Assembly (NCBI RefSeq): GCF_006345805.1
Contig: NC_043005.1
Coordinates: 66,464,001 to 66,528,000 of the forward strand
Length of the DNA stretch: 64,000 nucleotides
Direction: 5' to 3'
Origin: Octopus sinensis
Taxonomy: Eukaryota
Position 1 is the stretch's first letter. Every line of letters begins with the position of its first letter. Under the pieces are notes generated by a model. The model searched no databases. It had not been told where the DNA came from and saw only the letters and a program-made list of their open reading frames with translations. Position numbers and translations under genes: made by a program. Shown here piece after piece: positions 40,715-53,958 of this stretch.

Positions 40715-41150
40715 GTTGCTCACACGTGACCATCGTCCATCTTTCCCTTCTTCACGTGATCATCTTTCTTTTCCTTCAGTCCAGACGCATTCCTCTCTGT
40801 CTCTTCTATCTTTTCTCTCATCAAAGAATCTTCTTCCAGCGTTCGCTACCTTACCTCGTCTGAGCCTAACGGCTCTCCCTGTTTGTATTTGTTTCGTTTG
40901 GCTTGTTGTATGTTTTGCTTTTGTTATCAGCTTTCACCCTCCGCAAAGCCCAAATTATATTTTGGTTTGCGAGAACAACTCCCTTCTAAGTCTTATCGTG
41001 TCGTTCATTGCGCGAAATAAGGAGTAGAAGAGCTGCCGACAACTGATGAAGGGTCGTTTTTTATGTTACTTGTCTTGCTTCTATTTGTTTCTCTCGTTCT
41101 TTGTGTACCCAACGTTATTTTCGTATTTCATGTTGTTTACGTAACCATAT
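40710..41150 (+). mobile_element. PLE-like untranslated relic with a decayed hammerhead start (CTGATGA at 41043)
   Basis: Pyrimidine-rich block then CTGATGAAGGG...CCCAACG (GAAA lost); assignment by resemblance only. Confidence 0.4.
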
Positions 41151-41305
41151 ATGCATACCTATATGCATACATATGTATGTATGTACATATGTGTGAGTAT
41201 ATATGTACATATTTATATATATATAATATATACATATATACATATATATATACATACATATATATATGTATATATATATACATATATATATATATATGTA
41301 TATAT

Positions 41306-41384
<79 letters not shown>

Positions 41385-41834
41385 ATATAAGAAATAAAAT
41401 ACATTTTGTAACGCATAGTACCAGTTTCTGTCTTTTCGACTTTTTCAAGAGAATGTAAAACAAAGGTGGACATTGAGAAGAAAAACAATTAAGTTCAAGG
41501 AAAAATTAAATGAACTATTATGTAAATATTTCATAGTCTTCAAATAGGTGAGACATTTCCCTTTTTTCTGTCTTCCTCTCCTTTCCTTTGTGAAGGTTCG
41601 TATGGTAGGTTGTAGCAGATCTGAAAAATTTTATTTATGAGTGCAGAGATATATTTGGTTCCGAAGTTTAACATACATACATACATACATACATAAATAC
41701 ATACATACATACATACATACATACATACACATAAATATACCAGAGTAAGCACATAAATGTGAAACAAGATGGAAAAATATAGTACTAGAATACCAGAGGT
41801 AGAGTAATATGCTTTATTAAAAAGCAGCAAAAAC

Positions 41835-41932
41835 ATCACAAAAATGTTACTCAGAGTTTCACGTTCCCGTTCGTTGGACAGTTTTTGTCCGACGAACGGG
41901 ATTGTGAAACTCTAAGTAACAGTTTTTGTGAT
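41835..41932. ncRNA. Divergent inverted pair of hammerhead motifs (CCGACGA on plus, CCAACGA on minus)
   Basis: Arms at 41835-41880 and 41886-41932. Reconstructed consensus ACAAAAACTGT-CCGACGA-ACG(GGAA)CGT-GAAA-CTCTGA-GTA-ACAGTTTTTGT. Confidence 0.65.
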
Positions 41933-42136
41933 ATACATACTTACATACATACATATATATATATACATATATATATATATAATATATATATATATATATA
42001 CTTATATATACATATACATATATGTACATATATATATATATATAGATAGATGTATATATATGTATATATATATATATATATATACTTATATATACATATA
42101 TGTACATATATATACATATATATATATAGACAGATG

Positions 42137-42169
<33 letters not shown>

Positions 42170-43126
42170 CTGTGCGTGTTTGTTCGTGTGCATATAGAGT
42201 TAGAGTTATGTGTGTGTACTCAGTATTCGTGTGTTAATGTATGTATACACATGCATTACGTATATACACGTGTATCTTTCGTTCTTTCCCCCCTACTTTT
42301 TACGTTTCTGTATGTGATAAATGTTGTGAAACAAGAAGTAGAATGGAAGCGAATGAATTCATAGCTCGTACCATTTCACAGACAACATACCATGTGCATG
42401 ACATTGACAGAAAAAACAAAAAAAAGCAAAAAAAAAAATGCACCTTGGAAGATTACATAATCACATTTGCCATTCCATTATCAATCTATCTATATAATAA
42501 ATCAATGATTTTTCGGTGTAGGATTTAAACCTCAGTTTACTACATTGACTTACTCCGTTTTTAGTGAATTTCAGCTTTATTTTCTTTTTAGATGAATCAG
42601 TTTTTTTTTTTTATTTATAACCATGTCTCGAAGTCTTCAATTTTTTACATCTTAAAGCATTTCTTTATTTGTCCTATGAACTTCTCTCTTTTTCTTCCTG
42701 TTGTTTAAACAGTGATTTATTCCTGCTGCTGTACTCCCCTGAACTTATTATAGTTTCTTTCATTTTGAGTTTAAAAATATGCAAAAAAAAAGAAAAAAAA
42801 ATTCTTTGGTATGTTTTCTGTTTTCTTATCAAAGAGATTTTTCCAGGACGTTTTCCTGATTTATTTCAATTTTATATTTCCCTTCTCGTTTTATATTTAC
42901 TTCAATATTTGCTTTTACTTCTTAATATAATTAGTTATCTATTTATCTATTTCAAGTATATATATATCTATATATAAAAAAAAATTAGTTCCCTGAGTTA
43001 CAGAATTTACAAACAACAACACATCATGAAGAAAAGAAAAATTATCAAATGGGAAAAACATGTAAAAAAAACACTCACACACATTTGTATATATGTGTAT
43101 GTGTACACGTCTGCATACATATTAGC

Positions 43127-43175
<49 letters not shown>

Positions 43176-45006
43176 ATACATATATATATATATGTGCGTG
43201 TGTATATATATATATAGATGTGTCTATATATATATATATATATGTGTGTGTGGTATGTATGTGTGTAAACATTTTAACTTTTAAGCTGAAGTATTATTTA
43301 AATTTTTTTTAGTAGAGTACATGTTTATGAAACCTACGAAGAAAAGTTCGACTGTGACTTCAGAAGTTCGGCTTGGTTGCTTTTGTCAGACTGACGAAGA
43401 CAAGTAATGTTAACTTGAAAGTATGTCCTCGTACTACATCAGGGTTTTCCACTTTTTTTTTTTTTTTGGTAGGTATTGTTCTTTATCCTGTTGCCTTTCT
43501 AGCAAGGCAAGTAAAACTGGTGGGAGAGCCGATCGAGTTGCTGACGTCCCGGCCGTACAATGCAATGCATCGGACTATATATTGCTTACAGCACTCAAGC
43601 CCTGATATTTTGGAGAAGGAGTCTAATCTATTACATCAATTCCAGTAATCAACTATTAGATATTTCATGGGCCCTGAGACGATTAAAAGCAGAATTAAAC
43701 CTCGGTAGAATTTGAACTCATAACCTCAAAACGGGCAAAATGCCGCTAAGCATTTGGCGTGCTGACAATTCAGCGATTCTGCCAGCTAACAATTCTGTCT
43801 CCTTGATGTGACTAAGGATGTCGAGCAGATGGAGTATTTTACTCTTATTTCTAGCAATCTAGGTGTCTCGGGACCCTTAGTCACAATTAGTGACGATCGA
43901 ATTTTTCCATTATAGTATCATATTGCGCCTAACTGCTTATATTAATGTTTTGTATACACATTAACACTCCGCTAAATCATCCATAAATTTCTATGGAAAA
44001 TACATATATGCTGACTGGCGGAATTAGTTGACACCAGTCTTAATAATTATAGCAATCATGTCTTCTATAGACACAAATCCTGAAATTTTGGGAGTTAGAA
44101 TTGGGATTGGGGGCAAATTGATTTCAGCGACTCCAGTGCTTGACTGGTATTTATTTTGCGGGCCTCGAAAGGATGTAAGGTAAAGTTGGTTTCGGTGGAA
44201 TTTGAACTCAGAACATAATATTCCTTATAATTATATTAATATCAGTATTATTATCTTTATGGCGGTAGATTGACAGAATCGTTAGAACATTATTTGCTTT
44301 GATATTTAAATTCTGTGTTCAAATCACATCATAATTGTATTTACGTTTCATCCATGATGAGGCAATAGAAAAAAGCGTATCGGACAAGAACTGGGGTCTA
44401 TCTGTTTGTCCCTTGCAGGGCGGCGAGTTGGCAGAATTGTTAGCACGCAGGACAAAGACGGCATTTCGTTCGTCTTTACGTTTTAAGTTTCAAATTTCGC
44501 CGTGGTCGATTTGCCTTTTATCTATTTCGGTGTCTTTAAAATAAGTACAAGTTGAACACTAGAATCGACATAACCAACTTATACAACTCCCTCAAAATTA
44601 CTGGTCTTGCGCCGAAATTTGAAACTGATATATCAGTTCCTTTCATCCTTTCGGGCTCGAAAAAATTGAAGTTCCACTCGAGTGCTGGGGGTTAATGTTT
44701 TCTTCCAAAAACTGCAGTCTTTATATGCCAAAATTAGAAAGAATAATTGCCATAATTATCTAATAATCTTTTCTACTCTAGGCACAAGGCCCGAGACTTT
44801 TGGGGAGGGCGCGAGTCGATTAGATCGACCTCAGTACGCAACTGGTACTTAATTTATCGACCCCCGAACGGATGAGAGGTAAAGCCGACCTTGGCGGAAT
44901 TTGAACTCAAAACGTAGCGACAGACGAAATACCGTTAAGCATTTTGCCCGAGGTGCTAACGCTTGAGCCAACTCGCGCCTTTATAATAATAATAATAATA
45001 ATAATG

Positions 45007-45072
<66 letters not shown>

Positions 45073-45074
45073 TG

Positions 45075-45630
<556 letters not shown>

Positions 45631-45654
45631 ACCTAATAATTATAATGATGCAGT

Positions 45655-46204
45655 TATGCCCTGATGCAGTACCAGGCAGTGGCTCTCATGGCTTCTGATC
45701 TTAACTGATTGGAAGTGTTATCATGTATATTGTTTTGTCTTGGTATAAAAGATGGGCTACAGCAAATATTCTGCTCAATAACACAGATTTCTTGTCAGTT
45801 GTTTGACCTTAACCAGTTGAGCATGTCCCTTAGTGGCTGACGATATGAGTTTCTCTGATCACGAGCAGAAGTAGTGGGGGACCATGTGTTGAGAGGGATA
45901 CTTTGGGGTTTGAATAATTCACCTCTGGAAACATGGGTGTTTCGTTCAACATCCTTAAACAACCCTTATTAAAGGGACCTTTTGAGCGGGATGGGTTACT
46001 CGACCAGAAGAAAATTCTAACTGGGCCCCACCTGCAAGGTCATGTGCTGTTTATCTTGATATGTGATCACCATGTCGCTCACATATGGTTGTGATTCATG
46101 TGCATAGTGTACCCTTATCAAACGGGTAGTCATGATGGGTATACTGGGCTTCGTATATTTTACCCCAGTGTCCACTTTGATGGCATGCACTGCTTTCTCA
46201 CTCA
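45655..46204 (+). mobile_element. (AAT)n-tailed interspersed repeat, family unassigned
   Basis: Related fragments at about 36150-36220 (plus) and 36250-36455 (minus); ends in an AAT tract. Confidence 0.55.
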
Positions 46205-46243
46205 ATAATAATAATAATAATAATAATAACGATGATGATAATG

Positions 46244-46302
<59 letters not shown>

Positions 46303-46303
<1 letters not shown>

Positions 46304-48785
46304 TCTTTTTATTGGCCACAAGGGCTGACACACATGATTAGAAACATAAAGGGACAGAACAGGACGAAAGGTTACAAAGGGTTATGTCCGTTTTTGAAAA
46401 ATCCGAGTAAAAAAACTTTATAACAATCAAATAATTTAACAATGAAAAACTCCCAAAAGGAGGAGGCGTTACGAAAGGTTCCTGGTGGAAAAAACCCCAT
46501 AAAAGCCAACGGGAGCCTGGTCAAAAAAAGGCGGGTAGAGAGTCCCTCTTTTCTCCTTTTATGTTACCTTTTTGAATCACAGGCGAAACCTGAGAACTGG
46601 TCCATTTACACTGGCCAGTCTCGCACAATTCACCCACCTTTCATAAAACTTGCTATCGGACAGCACTTTCCTCTCTAACCTCATCTTCCTTTTCAAGTGA
46701 AACTTGAAAAAGTTGATGAGGCTTTGACCAAAGAGGAAAGTGTCTGACTTTAGCCCTTTCAAACGAGTCCACCATACAACTTCTTTTGCCACAGCCACTA
46801 GGCACAAGAAAACGGCCTCGCCCTCCTTGTTAGAGGAGGTCGGCGGGGCAATCTTCACTATGAATTCGGCCGATAGTCGGATCCGTCCTACACGTGACAG
46901 TAGCTGTTCGACATAAACCCATATTTTAGCAATACTCGGGCACTGGACGAGTGCGTGCAGAACGGTTTCGTCGTCCTGGCGACACCTCTGTCAAAGAGAC
47001 GAGCTGCGGAAAATCGCGTCTGACAAAAGACGACCACACCTGTTCACCGTCTAGGAAACGCTTGAGATGTCGCAGCCTTAGCGCATGTCTGCGCATCAGC
47101 AACCACGGCATTCCAAGGCCTCCGTTCAGCGGTCGTTGACAGCAGATGGATCGCCTGACCAGTGGCACCTGACCCTTCCACAAAAAGTCGAAGAGCAGGC
47201 GTACCAGCTTGGCCAACCAGCGGTCGGGACAAGAAACGACGGTCAAGCGGTAATAGATGACGGATGCGATGTACGCATTCGCCACCTCCGCTCGACCTTT
47301 CAGGGACAGCTTCCTCTCGGTCCATTTCTGGGTGAGACGTGCCACCCTGCTCGTCACCTCTTCCCAGTTTTTATCCACCTGGAGGTCCGGACCGAACCAG
47401 ACCCCGAGCAGTTTAACGGGTCCGTCTGTCCAGCGCCCTACGACGCTGTTGGACGGCAAGGGCTTGCCTCTCCAGGTGCCCAGTTGCAAGCCCACAGACT
47501 TTTCCACGTTAATCTTTGCCCCTGTCACCGCTTCGTACTGGTTTAGTGTCTCGCCAATCAGGCCAATGTGCTTGTGGCTCGACACCATCACGGTGACGTC
47601 GTCGGCATAGGCAGACACGCTGTTTCCGCCTCCTAGATCGCACGGGATACCCCTCAAAGCCTCCAACTTGCGCAGTAATGGCTCGAGAGTCAATATATAC
47701 AAGAGGGAGGAGAGAGGGCATCCTTGGCGGACCGAACGCGAGATGTCGAACGGTTCCGAAAGGTGACCGTTCATCCGTATCACCGAGCAGATGTTGCTGT
47801 ATAAAGCAGCTATCCACCCGCGGAACACTAGACCGAAGCCGGCTGCCTTGAGGACAGCTGCCAGGTACCGATGGTCGACCCTATCGAAGGCTTTACTCTG
47901 ATCTAAGTTGATCAAAGCCCCACCCGCGCCAGCGTCGTTACCCACCCTCTCTATGATGTAGCGCATGAGATGGAGGTTGTCGTGTATCGACCTGGTCGGC
48001 ACGGCGCATGTCTGCGTCTTGCCGACCAGCTTGTCCACGGCAAGCGCCAATCTCTTGGCTAGCACCTTGGCCAAAATCTTCAACTCTGCATTGAGCAGAG
48101 TGATGGGCCGAAAATTCCCTATAACGTCCCCCTTGTTTGGGTCCTTTTTCAGCAAAGCCACCACCCCTCGACAGACAAAAGCAGGAATTCTCCCGTTTTG
48201 CTGCCAGTTGCAGTAGACGTTTGCCAACAGGCCCGCAAACAAGTCTGGCATTGAAACGTAAAGCTCGTAGGGCAGACCATCCAAACCCGGCGATCTACCT
48301 CTCGTGCAACTCTTCATCGCTTCCTCCACTTCCCAGGCAGATATCGGTCCTTCGCAGCACTCTGCCTCGCTGTCCGAGAGTTGCGGTAGGCCGTCCAGGT
48401 ACACACCGACGTCTGCACCATTGTCCGTTCCACCGCTCGTCCCAAACAGTTGAGCAAAGTGCCGCTGAAGCACCGTACACATCTGCTTCGGTTCGGTAAC
48501 CTCACGCCCGTTCTGGTCCACCAAAGACCGAATGGTTGCTTTGTTGCCTCGCTTCGCCTCCGCCACGCGGGCCCATCGAGCGGCTCTAGTCCCCTCCCCG
48601 CTTAGCGAACGTGCCTTAGCTCTGACAACGCAGCCTTCGTGTTTGGCGTCGAAGTGTTGGTCGAGGGCCAACCTTGCCGCCAACACGTCGGTCGCGATGC
48701 CAGTCTCAAGTCTTAACTAAATCCCGCTCTCTCTTCCTACGTTCAATAGCTAGAGTCTTACTATACCTAATCGACTCTACTCTAA
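46303..48785 (-). mobile_element. L1/Tx1-clade LINE, 5'-truncated, young
   Basis: GC-rich island with RT ORF, C-terminal domain, 3' UTR and an (ATT)n tract at the 3' end. Confidence 0.9.
46926..48686 (-). CDS. Tx1-type ORF2 reverse transcriptase region (586 aa open; no endonuclease, C-terminus frameshifted)
   Basis: SPGLDGLPYELY, NFRPITLLN, LDQSKAFDRVDH, VRQGCPLSSLLY, AYADD, LLGVWF. After about 46990 the true frame shifts to RCRQDDETVLHALVQC..RFRL* (ends at 46577). Confidence 0.85.
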   Translation of the reverse strand: MLAARLALDQHFDAKHEGCVVRAKARSLSGEGTRAARWARVAEAKRGNKATIRSLVDQNGREVTEPKQMCTVLQRHFAQLFGTSGGTDNGADVGVYLDGLPQLSDSEAECCEGPISAWEVEEAMKSCTRGRSPGLDGLPYELYVSMPDLFAGLLANVYCNWQQNGRIPAFVCRGVVALLKKDPNKGDVIGNFRPITLLNAELKILAKVLAKRLALAVDKLVGKTQTCAVPTRSIHDNLHLMRYIIERVGNDAGAGGALINLDQSKAFDRVDHRYLAAVLKAAGFGLVFRGWIAALYSNICSVIRMNGHLSEPFDISRSVRQGCPLSSLLYILTLEPLLRKLEALRGIPCDLGGGNSVSAYADDVTVMVSSHKHIGLIGETLNQYEAVTGAKINVEKSVGLQLGTWRGKPLPSNSVVGRWTDGPVKLLGVWFGPDLQVDKNWEEVTSRVARLTQKWTERKLSLKGRAEVANAYIASVIYYRLTVVSCPDRWLAKLVRLLFDFLWKGQVPLVRRSICCQRPLNGGLGMPWLLMRRHALRLRHLKRFLDGEQVWSSFVRRDFPQLVSLTEVSPGRRNRSARTRPVPEYC

Positions 48786-48821
48786 ATATAAAGACCAGAT
48801 TAGTAAATATAAAGACAAGAT

Positions 48822-49030
48822 TAGTAAATACAAAGACCTGCTAATAGAAACTGAAAAAACGTGACATCTCAAGGCGACTACAGTACCAGTGATTGTAGGA
48901 TCTCTAGGAATGATAAAAAAAGGTACTGAAACCTATTTGAAAATGATTCCAGGCTTACCATCCCTACAGGAAGTGCAAAAAATCGTATTAACTGGAACGG
49001 CTCATGTACTGAGAAGAGATATCGCTGTGA
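48822..49030 (+). mobile_element. R4/Dong-like LINE C-terminal fragment (different subfamily)
   Basis: SKYKDLLIE..TVPVIVGSLGMIKK..VQKIVLTGTAHVLRR. Confidence 0.75.
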
Positions 49031-49200
49031 AAACAACATCCATCCATAAATTTATTTATTTATTAATTTTTAAATACATAGTTTATCTGTGAATTTCCGT
49101 GTTTAATCTGGGAATGCATACATTGAGCTTCTCTGCCCTGGGTGTACGGAAAACACTCGGCGAGAAACGGAAGAAAATTTGAAGAAAGAAGGAAAAAAAC

Positions 49201-49276
<76 letters not shown>

Positions 49277-49679
49277 TAATAATAATAGTAATAATCTTTT
49301 CTACTCTAGGCAGAAGACCCAAACTTTTTGGGAAGGGGGCGAGTCGACTAGATTGACCCTCTTCTAAGCATACTGCAAAGCGTTTCGTCTATTGTGCCAG
49401 TGATTCTGTCAGCTCGCCCCTTATAATTATCGAATATTATCATTTTCGTTACTGTAACTTTTATGGATGTTACTAATAATGTGTGTATGGAGGTTTTTCT
49501 TTCAAGTTGGTTTTTGTTAGTGGTTTGGTGTAATAATTGTCTGAATTCTGAAATCTGAATTCTTTGAAGAAGCCGCTGCATACCTGGAAAAAGCAATGCT
49601 AATGTTCATAAACTGTACATTCGACTCTTGAAATAATTACCTTGTCATTTCTGGCTCTTTAACCTAACAACGCATTTCT

Positions 49680-49754
49680 ATGTATGTATGTATGTATGTA
49701 GTATGTATGTATGTATGTATGTATGTATGTATGTATGTATGTATGTATGTATGA

Positions 49755-49799
<45 letters not shown>

Positions 49800-49949
49800 T
49801 CTAGCTATCTATCTATCTATCTGTCTATCTCTCTATCACAGTCCTTCAGCTGGAATAAATAGTGGAAAACAGCATCCATACATACATACTTACATCCATG
49901 CATGCATATATACATGCATACATACATACATACATACATAATACATACA

Positions 49950-49981
<32 letters not shown>

Positions 49982-50143
49982 CTTGGTATAATCAACATAA
50001 TTAAATCCGAAATGCTGCAGCATGGAAATTTTCCAGAGCGTGAACTGTAAAATAATAAAAGAAAGTATGTATTTGTATGTATGTATGTATGTATGTATGT
50101 ATGTAGTATGTATGTATGTATGTATGTATGTATGTATGTATGA

Positions 50144-50188
<45 letters not shown>

Positions 50189-50331
50189 TCTAGCTATCTA
50201 TCTATCTATCTGTCTATCTCTCTATCACAGTCCTTCAGCTGGAATAAATAGTGGAAAACAGCATCCATACATACATACTTACATCCATGCATGCATGCAT
50301 ATATACATGCATACATACATACATACATACA

Positions 50332-50363
<32 letters not shown>

Positions 50364-50460
50364 CTTGGTATAATCAACATAATTAAATCCGAAATGCTGC
50401 AGCATGGAAATTTTCCAGAGCGTGAACTGTAAAATAATAAAAGAAAGTATGTATTTGTAT
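49680..50460. repeat. Tandem duplication of an ~390-bp microsatellite-rich unit
   Basis: Unique cores repeat at offsets of 389 (49836/50225) and 382 (50022/50404); bounded by (GTAT)n. Confidence 0.9.
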
Positions 50461-50596
50461 GTATGTATGTATGTATGTATGTATGTATGTATGTATGTAT
50501 GTATGTTTGTATGCATGTATGTATGTATGTATGTTTGTATGTTTGTATGTATGTATGTATGTATGTATGTATGTATGTATGTATGTATGTATCTAT

Positions 50597-50633
<37 letters not shown>

Positions 50634-50722
50634 AATCTATCTATATATGTATATGTATATGTGCGAGTTTGTGCGTAAGAGTGTGTGTATGTATATATAC
50701 ACAGATATGGACATAACTACAT

Positions 50723-50764
<42 letters not shown>

Positions 50765-51180
50765 GTATATATGTACATACTTATAGATACATTCTCGCAT
50801 TCATACGAACACACACATACATACATACATACATATAAACAGGTACATACTCGTACCAGAACAATTGTTTAGCGAAATAATCAGCTGTCATAGCTAAATA
50901 AGAAGCACCATTATGTTGGTATTATCTAGAAAACATATTGTGTCTCGTTCTTCCGACTAACATTATAGAAAATATGCGAGAGAAACGTGTCAGAACTAAA
51001 GGTGAAGACGTTTTATTTATGTATGAGAATATTGATCACCGACTGCTCAATCAGCAAACTGGAGAATGTGAGGAAAAGTTATGGAGGAGCGGAATGAAGC
51101 CAAAATTTTCAACACAAAACGTGATGAGTAAAAATTGAAGCATTGTGTGGCATCACACGTAAGAACAATATAACCCCCTC

Positions 51181-51217
<37 letters not shown>

Positions 51218-51360
51218 TTACATATTGATAAACATACATACATACACACACATATTATAGATATGTATGTGTGTGTGTGAATGTGAGTTTGTGTGCATCT
51301 ATACATATATCAATTTATATACACAGCCGAAAGAGCTACAAATAATTTCATACTTTATTT

Positions 51361-51457
<97 letters not shown>

Positions 51458-51609
51458 TGTGTGTGTGTGTATGCATATATTCTCTAAAACATGCACACAC
51501 CAACGCCAGCATACATATGATATGCGCTAATATATATTTGGGCATTGATTTTTATAATACAAAATAAAGCATTTATAAGTCTATCTACCCATCTGTCTGT
51601 CTATCTATA

Positions 51610-51680
<71 letters not shown>

Positions 51681-51725
51681 TTATCTATCTATTAATATTT
51701 ATGTATCCATTAATAGGTACATGTA

Positions 51726-51762
<37 letters not shown>

Positions 51763-51797
51763 TATGTATACACCCCCCCACATATATATATATATAT

Positions 51798-51884
<87 letters not shown>

Positions 51885-52335
51885 TATACATACGTTTATA
51901 AATTGAAATTTACGTACACATGTAACACACGATGTCCAACACATTAAATGTCACGTTCGAAGGCTGGGGACATGTTGATATAAGAAAATGTTGGATTTTC
52001 ATAGAAACCCTATAAATGAATAATTTGGCACGATTTCGGCTGCGTGGAATAGAAATAATAAAAAGAAAAAAAAGACAAAGCAATCTACGTATATATCTAT
52101 GTATGTCTCCCCCCGCTCTCTCTCATTATATTTATATCTATGTATATGTATATATGCAGGAGAGGCTGTGTGGTAAGTAGCTTGCTTAACAAGCGAATGG
52201 TTTCATGTTCAGTCCCACTGCGTGGCACTTGGGCAAGTGTCTTCTCTAGCCTGAGGCCGACCAAAGCCTTGTGAATGGATTTGGTAGACGGGAACTGAAA
52301 GAAGCCTGTCGCATATATATATATATATATATATA

Positions 52336-53902
52336 CAGTTGCGGCCAAAATGTTCAGAACGGCATTGTTTTCGCAAGAAAAGTAGGTATAAGTTTTTAAC
52401 AAAGTTGTTTTATTTTCACACACAATAAATACAATATTAATTGTTATTGTCTGAGATTTTGGTGTAATTTGGGAGGATAATACGAAAGTTATGGACGATT
52501 TAGTGATTTACTGCAAAACCCATGGCGGCCAAAATGATCAGAACTCCGTATTTTAGTATATTTAACTGGCAAACTCTAATGTTTTGAATTTGTTTACGTA
52601 ATGGTTCGTTTACTAAACATTAGTAAGAATATCTGCAGTGTACTTTGTTAATATAATGCCACTTACTCCGTTACCAATTCGTCAGCAGATTATTAAGCTT
52701 CGAAAGAAGGATAATTTAAGTATTGGGTCTATTGCAAAGATTGTTAACAAGTCAAAAAGTGTTGTTCACGGTATTCTTAAAGTCTTCGATGATTGTGGTT
52801 CATGTGAAGCAAGAAAGTCTACAGGTAGGCCTAGAAAAACGACCAAGAGAGAAGATCGTGCTATGGTAAAGTTGGTTAAAAAGGACAGAGTTAAAACTGC
52901 TGCTGCTGTTTCTCGGGAAATGAGCATTGTACTGAAGAAAACGTTATCTCGAAAAACTGAGTCTCATCGTTTAGTTGAACATAACCTACAAGCAAGATCA
53001 CCTGCAGTGAAGCCACTGATCAGCTCCAAAAATAAAAAGTGTCGTCTTACCTTTGCAACCGAACATGTGTTGTGGTCTCAAGAAAAATGGCAAACGGTGC
53101 ATTTCAGTGATGAATCTAAGTTTATGTTATTTGGCTCAGATGGGAAAAGGTAAGTTCGTTGAAAAGTAGGTGAAAAATTGTCGCCTAAATGCCTTAAGAC
53201 TAGTGTTAAATTCGGCGGAGGAAGTGTCATGGTTTGGGGAATGATATCTGGAGATGGTGTGGGCCCTTTGGTGCGATTACATGGAAAGATAAATGCAGGA
53301 GTTTATAAACAACTTGTAAAAGATCATGTCTTGCCTGTGCTGAGAAATTCAACTAAGCGACCACCCATGCCACAAGGCTAAGGTGGCCATGATCTTCCTC
53401 AAGGCTGAAAAGGTTATTATTATGGATTGGCCTGCTCAAAGCCCAGATCTCAATCCTATTGAAAATGTGAAGAATATTCTAGGAGAACGTTCGAAAGCCA
53501 GAAATCCTAAAACAACCGAGCAATTATGGAATACCCTTCAGGAAGAATGGAATAAGATCACCAAGCAAGAAATTGAAAATTTAATTTCCTCATGCAGTCG
53601 AAGATGTCAAAGTGTGATTGAAGCTAAAGGGCTTCACACTAAATATTAAATAATTCCAGTATTCTCTGTCATTTTTGATTATTTTGTTATTTTTTCAACC
53701 GTTCTGATCATTTTGGCCGCCATGGGTTTTGCAGTAAATCACTAAATCGTCTATAACTTTTGTATTATCCTCTCAAATTACACCAAAATCTCAGACAATA
53801 ACAATTAATATCGTATTTATTGTGTGTGAAAATTATAGAACATAAAACAACTTATACTTACTTTTCTGGCGAAAACAATGCCGTTCTGAACATTTTGGCC
53901 GC

Positions 53903-53907
<5 letters not shown>
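52336..53907 (+). mobile_element. Tc1-family DNA transposon with ~210-bp IR/DR-type TIRs
   Basis: TA|CAGTTGCGGCCAAAATGTTCAGAAC ... GTTCTGAACATTTTGGCCGCAACTA|TA; inner direct repeat GCGGCCAAAATGATCAGAAC in each TIR. Confidence 0.95.
52656..53649 (+). pseudogene. Tc1 transposase, inactivated
   Basis: GRPRKT, FSDESKF, VKFGGGSVMVWG, WPAQSPDLNPIEN. Two stops near 53151-53162; the QDNA segment with the second catalytic Asp is deleted; frameshifts follow. Confidence 0.92.

Positions 53908-53958
<51 letters not shown>

Noticed and set aside
43391-43427. CTGACGA...GAAAGTATGTC hammerhead-like relic
   Set aside because: Stems I-III are out of register; counted only as a decayed relic, not as a ribozyme.
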